Shown: piece after piece, positions 53,114 through 64,000 of the stretch
How the letters are laid out: each line of letters opens with the position of its first letter
Numbering within the stretch: the first letter of the stretch is position 1
Assembly: GCA_964016885.1 (NCBI GenBank)
Contig: OZ024742.1
Span: forward strand, 206,832,001-206,896,000
Length of the DNA stretch: 64,000 bases
Source: Eledone cirrhosa
Taxonomy: Eukaryota
Direction of reading: 5' to 3'
Position numbers and translations under genes: made by a program
The notes under the pieces: generated by a model
What the model saw: the letters and a program-made list of their open reading frames with translations, nothing else
What the model was told of the DNA's origin: nothing
The model's database searches: none

Positions 53114-53220
53114 TGCTCTGATGAATAGGCTGGTTAGACAAAGTATTGGTGATCGATTGACGCAAAAACAGGCGGGTAGCGATCTCTAGACCTACCAGTT
53201 CAGAGAAACAATTGTCAGCA
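53114..53220 (+). ncRNA. Type I hammerhead ribozyme motif in inverted pLTR
   Basis: tgct-CTGATGA(53118)-...-GAAAC(53205)-aatt-GTC-agca; AATAAA at ~53226. Confidence 0.72.
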
Positions 53221-53271
53221 ATGTGAATAAAGCCCTTATTGTATAGCAAACCATGTCACTTTTCTTCCTTG

Positions 53272-53346
<75 letters not shown>

Positions 53347-53482
53347 GCTTTGTTGGTTCACCACTGGATAGAACTGGTCATTCCGTGTGGTCAACCTCGA
53401 TGTAATATTATGGAAAGCACTCAACGTAATGCAATCACCCGTCTTCGTTTGTGTAGTTGGTGGTGTGAGTACGGAGTTAATT

Positions 53483-53880
53483 ATTATAAAATAACAGGCA
53501 GCTGGATTGGTGTAAATCCTTGAAAGGTTTATTATACTATGATCATTTCAATGACTGGGTTCAGTATTAATCATCATCAGGTAATTCAAAATATAATGAA
53601 GGAATATAACAGATAAAATCCATTGACCAGAATGGTTCTATGTTTTAGAAATATGGTAAAGAAAGGGTTAAACTATTGACCAGAATGGTTCTATATTTTT
53701 CAGCACCATGGATTTTACCTGTTATATTCCTTCGTTATATTTTGAATTACCTGATGATGTCACTGGATTCATACTGAACCCAGTCATTGAAATCATCATA
53801 GTATAATAAACTTTTCAAGGATTTACACCAGTCCAGCCTCCTGTTATTTACACCAGTCCAGCCTCCTGTTATTTTATAAT
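53483..53880. repeat. Fold-back element (~140 bp arms, ~85 bp spacer) with a hammerhead motif in each arm
   Basis: + arm: tac-CTGATGA(53751)..GAAAT-catc-ATA-gta-tAATAAA. - arm (53535-53583): tac-CTGATGA..GAAAT-gatc-ATA-gta. Confidence 0.85.
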
Positions 53881-53969
53881 ATATATATATATGAAGCATA
53901 ACATCTAGTACACACTACTCTCCCTTACCTCAGATGTCCTAACACCCCTCCTTTGATCCACTCTGACCC

Positions 53970-54150
53970 TGGCACCCAGTCCACTCTGTAAATGTGTTTG
54001 ACATTAGGAAGAGCATCCAGCTGTAGAAACCAAGCCAAAATCAGTCCAGTATGATCTTGTCATCTGATCTGGCTTGGCTCACAATGGAACAACTCTTCTA
54101 ACCCATGCTAGCATGGAAAAATGGATATTAAATGATGACGATGGTGATAT
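53970..54150 (+). mobile_element. SINE family 2 3' part with RTE-like tail
   Basis: gcatccagctgtagaaac..catgctagcatggaaaaatggatattaaatgatgacgatg. Confidence 0.65.
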
Positions 54151-55304
54151 GTGTGTGTGTACATGTGTGCATGTCTTGTGAAGTAGTTTTCATCCTTTTT
54201 AGTTTATTTTATCAATGTTTATTCAGTAAAGAAAATACACTTTTCATATTCCTTTTCAAGACCCCTTAGGGTACAGGTGGAGAAAGTTATATTCAAATCA
54301 GAGATCTTGTAAAATGGGGACACCACTGAATGCATCCATGGGGTAGGTAGTGGTGTTAAATCAAGAGATGGATTAAGTATACTGCCAGAGATGCTGAAGA
54401 CATGTAATGGCCAGGTGGTTGAAAAGAGTCCTTAAAATTGGTGTTTGAAACATTAATTTGCAATTGTCTTTTGTATTTTTTCCTATGGGTTTCTTTCTTA
54501 TTTTCTACATTTGGACAGTTCAATCTAATCTAATTTGATTTAATTAATTTTTTTTTTAAATCTTCATTGCATACATTGATCTTTCTTTGACTGTATTTGG
54601 AAAAATAAATCTTGCCTCATTCTTCACAACAACCTATTAGGACAAAAATATCATATTAAAAATGATGTAACAGTTACAAGAAGATGAAATATAAATATAA
54701 TAAGAATCAAAATAAAATAACACCAGCATTAACAATAACAACAAAAATAATATTAACACTGATTTCAGCAACACCACCAAGAATTAATCAACTGGGTTGA
54801 TATGTATTTGACTATTTTGATAGAATAAGTATCTCAAATAACACCCAGCTGAAGAACACATCAGACAATATTGTTCTAGATAAACAAAAAGATAATAGTT
54901 ATGGCTGGAACAATTTTAATCACAGACCTACTCAACTAGGCCTGATCCTAAGGTTATATAGCAACAACAAAAAACAATAACAATCAATAGTTTTGTTTGT
55001 TAGTTTTCCCATTTTCTGTCACACTGAAGGAATGTGAAATAAAAAAGCAAAGGTCAATCAGCTAAAAGTTCATCATTTCCCTTCCAACATTCCTTGTACC
55101 TTTTATTTCTATATGTCTGCACATGGCCTTGGATACGTTTGTCTCGGCAATATAAACTGGTGTTATGCTCTCATCATCAGTTCTTTTTGCAACTAATTTG
55201 TCATCGAGCGATTGCCAGACAAAATGATTGATATTATTGCTTATTGAGCTAGAAACAATTATTGTTTACTGATCAAAATTATTGTTGTTCACACACACAT
55301 ACAT

Positions 55305-55391
<87 letters not shown>

Positions 55392-57802
55392 CAGCAGATA
55401 GCCAACTAATGGACAGGTAGGTGGAGAAAAACACACAGCGATGTAGGGAGATGTAGAAAAACAAAAGAGAGAAAAGATTGTTCATGTAAAGGAGATCATC
55501 ATCATCATCATCATTTAACGTCCATCTTCCACGCTAGCATGGGGTGATAAAAAGAAAAGGAAGAGAAATTACAGAGGTAACCTGATAAAATAATGGAGTT
55601 AGAATGAGATCATCACAGAAGGAGAGAGGGGGGTGGGATAATGAAGTATGTATAGAGTGTAGGAGACATTAGAAAATTAAGAAAAGTGATGAAGAAAATT
55701 AAGAAAAGTTGATTTAGAGAAAAAATCATGGTTGGTCAAGAGTTGGAAGCAGCAACAATTTATTCATTTGCACACCAACAAACAATTACATAATGAATAT
55801 TGTTTACCCTAAAGTGCTTCAAGATTGACAGATTTTTATTTCTAAATTCTATTATCATTACAATATTGATATCTTTTTAATAAAATATAGATATTTTGAA
55901 ATAATTATGAGAAAAATATATATCTTCATATTTATTGTTTACTAATCTGAATAAGAACAGCAATAACTCAGGCAATGTCGAGTCATTCAGCCAGTCTTAC
56001 ATATGACTCCATACACAAGCACATACACATACAGATAGATAGATAGAGGAGTGGGGGGGGATAATAAAGTATTACATAAGTCAGTATGAAGTAGGCTGAG
56101 ACTTGTGATGGGGCAAACAGACAGCAGGAGAATCTTTAGAGGAAGAACTATCAAGCAAGTGTTTTGGCCCTTGATTCCTCCTAACACTCTTAGGGAGCTG
56201 GGCCCACCTAGGTCATGACTCCTTGTTGTCCTCCTGCTACTTTTTCTCCTCCAGCATTTGATCTTGTTTCTCATTCCTGTGGTTTACACAAAGACCATTG
56301 GTAGAACTAACACTTCACATCTATTTAAACTGCAATCAACGTTAGCAACTTGATGTATCCTAACTTACTTCCAGTTGTCATTCCTCTTTGCCCATAGCCA
56401 CATTGAGCTTTTCTCAGATCTCTCTGACAGGTGTTTGATTGTTGCTGTTCTTTTCCAACCTTTGATTCAAAGCTGATCTTGTAGTGAGAGCAATTGGGAA
56501 CATGTACATAGTGAAGAGCCAATTTTTCAAATATACAACAGGTAGATTAAAAATAAAATGTATGAAGAAATTCTCAGTGACAAAGAAGTAGCTTGGCTTC
56601 AAACTGCAGAGAAAAAGATGAAGAGCTTCACAATAAGTTAATGCTCAATATTGGTTAAAAGGAAATGTGCTGATCATCATTGCTCATACTATCTGCCAGT
56701 CACAACTCCTGGCAGAAGGAGCAATGTTAAATAAAGTATTTTGTTCAAGAACACAATGCATCACTCAATCCAAGAAGTGAACCCATGATATTATTACCAA
56801 CACCCTAACCACTAAGCTATATGTGAATTAGAATAAAGGAAAAGTGCTGTAAAATGACAAGAGATGAGCGGAAGGCTAACAAGATCAACAACATTCATGA
56901 TGTAGAAACAGACCATCAGCACAAAATATATTGAAAAGAATATCCAAAATTTCAAAAGTGTATATATTTTCTGCATCATATATTTTCTGAAATAATTTAC
57001 AAACATTTTATCAAGATGTTCTACACAAGCTCCAGCCAAATATAAAGAATACAGTACCAAAGCTATTCTATAGATGCTTGACCAGGAAATTTCAACTATG
57101 AAAAGAAAAAAAGTGATCTGTGTTCAGAGTTGGATTTAGACCTTAGGGGGCTTGGAGTACTTCAGGTTTTTTTTTTTTTTTTTAGGGAGGGCTCTTATAC
57201 AAAAAATTATAATACACAGCAAACCCTCCAATTTTACATATCAAAGTTAGCTTGGTGCAAGTAATTGGAATTGAAAAGTTATACATACAGGTATTAAATT
57301 AAAAAATTCTAACTATCCTAAAACTATAAAGTCCAGCTGAAAGCACAAATAAATTGTTATGGCCATCACTGGTGTGTGTGTGTGTGTGTGTGTCCCCCCC
57401 CAACTGCAGGGCCCTGTCTGTGATACTTATATCAACCATCCATTTACTTAGAATATAACAATGTAAAACACAATGGAAATTTAATACATTCATAGATGAT
57501 CAAATAAGCCTGGCATTCTTTTCCAAAAATGACAATAGCATGCTAATTATCAACATAGTTATACTAATTGACTACAATACTATTCAGAAGGAACTACACC
57601 TAACTATGGTATAATCAAGCTTAAACACATTGGTTGTACATTTTTAACTAAGATATGGAATCATAAACTAGTACTCAATGGAGTATTGGTATCTTAGTAA
57701 ATACATATGAAAACAAGGTTTTATATTTCCATACTTTAATTCATTGGATAACCAAAAGTTATATGCATTTCAGAGGCGCCTCCCAATTGTTATGTGACAG
57801 AA

Positions 57803-57887
57803 TGTCTGATGAACTATCAATTCCAGAATTGGGCCCGATTGTGACTAATCATAGCTTGAGATTATCAATTGTGAAATGTACATCACA
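57803..57887 (+). ncRNA. Solo type I hammerhead ribozyme motif
   Basis: tgt-CTGATGA-ac..(hairpins)..gt-GAAAT-gtac-ATC-aca: intact core, palindromic stem III. Confidence 0.65.
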
Positions 57888-58039
57888 AGCGAATGAAATA
57901 TGTATATGATGTTAAATTGATACTTCACTCTTGTTTACTTATTATGATCAACACTTACTGATATCAAACTCAATGACAACACAAACAATGAATCCTACAT
58001 TGATACAAGTAACAGAAGTAGCTGAGCATTACACTTAAA

Positions 58040-58965
58040 TCATAGAGGAGCTACAGAATGAATTCTAGCTATAGAAACAGCAGCTGGAATCAAGAGGACT
58101 GAGAGTGAACCTAGCTAAGACAAAGGTGTTGATAAGTAGGGAAGAGGACAAAACTCTGATTCCATCAGAGAAATGGCCATGTTCAATATGTAGGAAAGGA
58201 GTTGGCATAAATTCTATAAAATGTACACAATGCAGATCTTGGGTACATGAGAGATGTAGTGGGATAACAGGCAAACCAACAGGTAGGGAAAACTATATAC
58301 GCAGTAGATATACAGGGAAATTTGACAGTGGAAGTCGCAGTGATAGACACATTTTTCAAATGCAGGTAGGATCTATAGAGGTGGTTGATAGCTTCCGATA
58401 CCTAGGTGATCAGATTAGTAAGGGAGGAGGGTGCTCCGAGGCCATAGTTTCCAGAATAAAGACGGGCTGGAAGAAGTTTAGGGGGATGCTTCCTCTGTTA
58501 ACAAAGAAGGGTTTCTCCCTACGAATGAAAGGCTGGTTATATGATGCCTGTGTGAGATGCGCGATGATGCATGGTAGTGAGATATGAGCAGCAACTGTGG
58601 TAGATATGCAATGGTTGGAGAGAAATAAAGCAAGCATGCTCCAATGGATGTGCAATGTCAATGTGCGTGAACGACCAAGCATAGACGAGTTGAGAGAGAA
58701 GCTGTGTACAAGAGCGATAAGCTGTAGTGTGTGGGAGAGAAGACTGCATTGGTATGGACATGTGATGTGCATGGAGGATGACCGCTGGGTAAAGAAGTGC
58801 GAAGAAATCTCAGTAGAAGCAAGACCGCGAAAAACATGAGCGGAGGGTGGTGAGAGCAGACTTCAGATCGCTGAAGCTCATGGAGGAGATGACAAGGGAC
58901 TGTGACGAATGGAGAGATGCCCTGCTTAAAAGGAAAAGCGGACGTAAAATGATGATGATGATGAT
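58040..58965 (+). mobile_element. RTE-clade LINE 3' portion
   Basis: GLRVNLAKTKV, FRYLGD, RIKTGWKKFR, RRLHWYGHV, RPRKT; (atg)n tail. Confidence 0.85.
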
Positions 58966-59015
<50 letters not shown>

Positions 59016-59080
59016 ATCATCATCATCATTTTACCTGCTTAATAAGGTAATTATTAAGCAGGTAAAATGATGAAGATGAT

Positions 59081-59122
<42 letters not shown>

Positions 59123-59699
59123 AGCGATGCCCTGCTTAATAAAGAAAAGCGGACGTAAAATGATGATGATGATGTATATATATATATATACATGTATATC
59201 ATCATCATCATCATCATCATTTTACGTCCGCTTTTCCTTATTAAGCAGGGCATATCTCCATATACATACATACATGGTGGCTGCCAACTCGTTTTCGAGT
59301 ACGGCCACTACTTTATAGCCATGTAGGAGAACCCCTACCGATGCGCTGAACGAGTGTGACTTTTTAATCCAGCCAGCGACTTGAGAACTCTGGTACAAAC
59401 ACTACACCTGTGACAATTATTGACACATAGTGCTGGGCCCTTGGTGCCATGTGACGACAAGTGTAGAGAGATCTCCAGATATAAAGCAATGCCTGTGGCG
59501 TGAAGCTTTTATAGTGAACAAAGGCACTGCACAAAGCCAGTCCCACTCTCTTAACCAAGATGATATTTACCAAAAAGAAGAACAAGTCAATATCATTGGA
59601 TACCATCAGGGTTGCAGGTGTTATATCAGAGTTTTCCTTCTAGAATTCTGCCTTGACAAAGGCTAAGGGGTCATCTCTCATACATACATACATACATAC

Positions 59700-60042
59700 A
59701 TACTGGCCTGATATTGTTGTTTGGGACCACACATTGAAAACGTGTTCTGTTATGGAGATCAGCTGCCCACTTGATGTAAACGTTGTCAGAAAAATACAGG
59801 AGAAGGAGGACATCTAGAGACCATTGATGAGGAGTTTACAAATCCAGTATCCAAGATACACCTTTAGCTTCATACCCATCATTATTGGACCTACAGGCTA
59901 TATACCAACCCGTTTGGACCAAAGTATGACTGAACTTGGATTTGCGGACAAAAAGTGCAGCTCCCTAATCCATAGTCTACAAATGGCTGCGATAGCTGGC
60001 ACCTTCAACATTTGCAAAACATTCTTGCGATTCAAGGGATGA
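59700..60042 (+). mobile_element. RLE-type non-LTR retrotransposon C-terminal fragment (unrelated to families A and B)
   Basis: PDIVVWD..VMEISCPLD..K..IPIIIGPTG (PD-(D/E)xK endonuclease). Remnant probably extends to ~59330. Confidence 0.7.
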
Positions 60043-60140
60043 CAATTTCTTTTCTTTTACAACCTTGCCACCAGGTAGGTGGCCGGTCAAAAATGTATAC
60101 TCAAAATTAAGAGAAAGAGATAACATACATACATACACAC

Positions 60141-60580
<440 letters not shown>

Positions 60581-60721
60581 ATATATATATATATTGAATG
60601 TAAACTTCCTTGCTTAAATATTATAATGGATGTCAACCCACTGTGCATCAATATATACATATGTTTCTGTATGTCTCTTGTGTTGAAAAGGAGGTCATGT
60701 ATGTAAATAATCATTGAAAAA

Positions 60722-60770
60722 TTGCTCCGAAGACTCCAAACCTCGGTTTGGAAGAAACAATTGTAAGCGA
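60722..60770 (+). ncRNA. Minimal type I hammerhead-like motif (CCGAAGA variant)
   Basis: ttgct-CCGAAGA-c-tccaaacc-tc-ggtttgga-a-GAAAC-aatt-GTA-agcga, then AATAAA. Confidence 0.62.
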
Positions 60771-60916
60771 ATAAATGATTTGAACAGAACTTTAATTCAT
60801 GTAATTTCTATATATATATATATATGTTATCTCTTTCTCTTAACTTTGAGTATATTTTTTTAATTTCGAGTATATATTTTTATAGCTGAAGTCGTAGACT
60901 TATATATATGTATATT

Positions 60917-60947
<31 letters not shown>

Positions 60948-60953
60948 ATAAGT

Positions 60954-61220
60954 CTACGACTTCATTTATACCATTTACGTGGTTGGTCTTTGCGTGCAAT
61001 TGTTCTCCACGCTCCACATATAACGTATTATCTTCGTTTTTTCTGTTCATTGCCAGAGAACGTCTCTATGAACCACCTAAGAGAACATTAGCCTACGACT
61101 TCTTTTATACCATAAACGTGGTTCTCTCTTTGTGTGTAATTGTTTTTCACCACTCCTATTAATGATGTATTATATTCGTTTTTTCCCGTTCTTTGGCAGG
61201 GAACGTTTCCACGAACCAAA
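60954..61220 (+). repeat. Diverged two-copy tandem repeat (~139 bp period)
   Basis: ctacgacttc..tataccat..acgtggtt..ttcgtttttt..gaacgt..gaacca at 60954 and 61093. Confidence 0.75.
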
Positions 61221-61391
61221 GCATCGTCTTCCTGTCTTCCTCTGGTTGCAACGATTTTTGAAATATCCACTTCTGCGTTTACAGATTGACTTTGTTAGTT
61301 TCAGAAGATCCCGTTAAGGGTGAAAGCAGCGATTCTTTGATTAAACTTTAATCTGTTATTTTAATAATTAATATATATATTAATATATATA

Positions 61392-61446
<55 letters not shown>

Positions 61447-61555
61447 GAAGGCGTATGGCTGATTGGTTATTTGCAATCGTAAGGTTGTCGGTTTGATTCC
61501 TGTACCGGGCATTGCTTCATGTCCTTGTGCAAGACACTTTATTTCACGTTGCTCC
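61447..61555 (+). mobile_element. SINE family 2 5' part
   Basis: gaaggcgtatggctg..tgtccttgtgcaagacactttatttcac, as in 14847-14958. Confidence 0.75.
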
Positions 61556-62028
61556 TTCTACCCGGAGTTGCGACTGATAGATAGTACTAGCAATTGGAAA
61601 GACCAACGGAAACATTGTTTCCTCAGTCCGATTTGACGAAAGTTGATCGACAAAAAGAAAAAATATATATATATATATATATGTAAATAGCAATATATTA
61701 TGCTAGCAGGAAAAGTGAACATTAAAATGGCAATGGTGATGATATATATATACACACACACACATATATATATGCACTCACAGACACAGAGTATAAATAT
61801 TATTTCTATTATAGCCATAATGACTTCAGGGTCTAGACCTTTAAATTTATACACAATTATGTGTGTGTGTGTTTGTTATGTACATATCGTTGAATTTTTA
61901 ATTGACAAATTTAATTGAAACTAATAAAATAATAATGATAATTATAATTTCTTTATTTATTACATGAGTGGTAAAAGAGTACAAAATCAGTGTTTATGCA
62001 GTACAAAATCAGTGTTTATGCAGAATTG

Positions 62029-62081
<53 letters not shown>

Positions 62082-62084
<3 letters not shown>

Positions 62085-62320
62085 TTTCTATTTTTAGCAC
62101 AAGGCCAGCAATTACCCAGTACATTACTGGTACTTTATTTTATCGACCCCGTAAGGATGAAAGGCAAAGTGAACCTCAGCGGAATAATAATAATAATAAT
62201 AATAATTGTTTCTACTTTTGGCACAAGGCCAGCAATTACCCAGTACATGACTGGTACTTTATTTTATCGACCCCGTAAGGATGAAAGGCAAAGATAACCT
62301 CGGCGGGATTTGAACTCATA
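62082..62320 (-). mobile_element. Two 5'-truncated SINE family 1 copies separated by TAA repeats
   Basis: 62082-62183 and 62204-62320 are reverse complements of the SINE 3' half. Confidence 0.85.
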
Positions 62321-62337
62321 ATAATAATAATAATAAT

Positions 62338-64000
62338 GGTTAAAAACTGGTTAAAATGAGGAGACCTTAAAAAGGCTACAGAAGGAATGCTAATGGCTGC
62401 GCAAGAGCAGGCACTCAAAACGAAGTGGGTGAAACACCATATTTACAAGGAGGAGGCTAGCCCACTGTGTAGGATTTGTGGAGAGAGAGAGGAGACTGTG
62501 GCTAACATTGTATCCGAGTGTAAACACCTAGCCCAGACTCACTATAAGGGCTGGAGACATGATGTGATGGGCAGGGTGATCCTCTGGTACCTATGCAAAG
62601 TAAACAATTTACCACATTCTGAGAAGTGGTATGAGCATAAGCCAGAGTTGGTGATAGAAAACGATCAGGTGAAGGTGCTGTGGGATTTTAGGATACAGAC
62701 GGACAAGAAACTGGAACACAATAGACCTGATCTGGTGGTTTTAGACAAGGAAAAAAGTTTGTGCCTGATTGTAGATGTACAATAGCCTGCCCATTTGACA
62801 CGAGAGTGCATGAAAAGGACAGGGAGAAAATTAACTGATACCAGGACTTAAAGTGGGAGGTAAAAAGGATTTGGAACTGCCATGAAGTCAAAGTGGTCCC
62901 GATTGTCATAGGTGCACTAAGTACTATCTCAGAGAGTTTCCAAGGATGGTTAAAGAAAGTTAGTCCAGCCCTGCTTTTTTGAACACTTCAAAAGGCATGC
63001 TTGCTGGGAACAGCAAGAACCCTCCGATACGTCCTGAATATCTGAGGCTGCAGGTAGTGGCTTGATATTCATTTCAACAAACTTTCGAGTTAAATAACAT
63101 CAATGACTGAGACTCAAAGAACAATAACAATAATAGTGTAAACACCTAGCCCAGACTCACTATAAAGGCTGGAGACATGATATGATAGGCAGGGTGATCC
63201 ACTGACATCTATGCAAACTAAACAATTTACCACATTCGGAGAAGTTGTATGAGCCAGAGTCGGTGATAGAAAATGATCAGGTGAAGGTGCTATGGGATTT
63301 TAGGATACAGACGGACAAGAAACTGGAACACAATAGGCCTGACCTGGTGGTTTTGGACAAGAAAAAAAGATCATGCCTGCCCATTTGACATGTGAGTGCA
63401 AGAAAAGGTGAGGGAGAAAATTAACCGATACCAGGATTTAAAGTGGGAGTTAAAAAGGATAGGGAACTGCCATGAAATCAAGGTCGTCCCGATTGTTATA
63501 GGCACACTAGGTACTATCTCAAAGAGTTTCCAAGGATAGTTAAAGAAGATCAGTCCAGCCCTGTTTTTTGGAACACTTCAAAATGCATGCTTCCTGGGAA
63601 CAGCAAGAACCCTCCGATACATCCTGAATATCTGAGGCTGCAGGTAGTGGCTTGATATTCATTTCAACAAACTTTCCAGTTAAATAACATCAATGACTGA
63701 GACTCAAAGAACAATAACAATAATAGTGTAAACACCTAGCCCTGACTCACTATAAAGGCTGGAGACATGATATGATAGGCAGGGTGATCCACTGACATCT
63801 ATGCAAACTAAACAATTTACCACATTCGGAGAAGTTGTATGAGCCAGAGTCGGTGATAGAAAATGATCAGGTGAAGGTGCTATGGGATTTTAGGATACAG
63901 ACGGACAAGAAACTGGAACACAATAGGCCTGACCTGGTGGTTTTGGACAAGAAAAAAAGATCATGCCTGCCCATTTGACATGTGAGTGCAAGAAAAGGTG
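62338..64000 (+). mobile_element. Three head-to-tail 3' fragments of R4/Dong-like family A
   Basis: Units 62338-63135, 63136-63725 and 63726-end. The two complete units carry RLE-coding sequence, 3' UTR and a short taa tail. Confidence 0.92.

Larger units (their letters stand above)
50571..53278 (-). mobile_element. Penelope-like element (RT + GIY-YIG endonuclease), degenerate, bounded by inverted pLTR copies
   Basis: Minus strand: FDITMG, GGIYRDD, NFLDMTLNL (RT); LVY..HYIGSTAGTFKKRW, CRFC..E (GIY-YIG region). 50571-50762 is the reverse complement of 53088-53278. Confidence 0.88.

Noticed and set aside
61300-61335. cagaaga-tccc-gttaa-ggg-tGAAA hammerhead-like motif
   Set aside because: Core mutated and no convincing stems I or III.

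Overview
Eukaryotic, AT-rich, microsatellite-dense, transposon-dominated window. No intact host gene is recognisable; the repeat content suggests a mollusc/cephalopod-type genome (inference). Bases 1-31 kb and 62-64 kb are nested arrays built on (TAA/ATT)n microsatellites. They contain two families of R4/Dong-like non-LTR retrotransposons (RT + CCHC + restriction-like endonuclease), Tx1-like L1-clade elements (APE-RT) in the opposite orientation to the repeat, and a short SINE whose 3' end resembles the Tx1 3' end. Bases 33-62 kb hold a degenerate Helitron, a second Tx1 subfamily, CR1/Proto2-like LINEs, a Penelope-like (GIY-YIG) element with inverted pLTRs, RTE fragments and RTE-tailed tRNA-derived SINEs. 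The most unusual signal is a set of short, mutually unrelated fold-back (palindromic) and solo units carrying type I hammerhead-ribozyme cores (CUGAUGA...GAAA, palindromic stem III, AATAAA), mostly next to (TA)n tracts. Most short ORFs in the track are antisense shadows or microsatellite artefacts. All coordinates were read by eye and may be off by a few bases.
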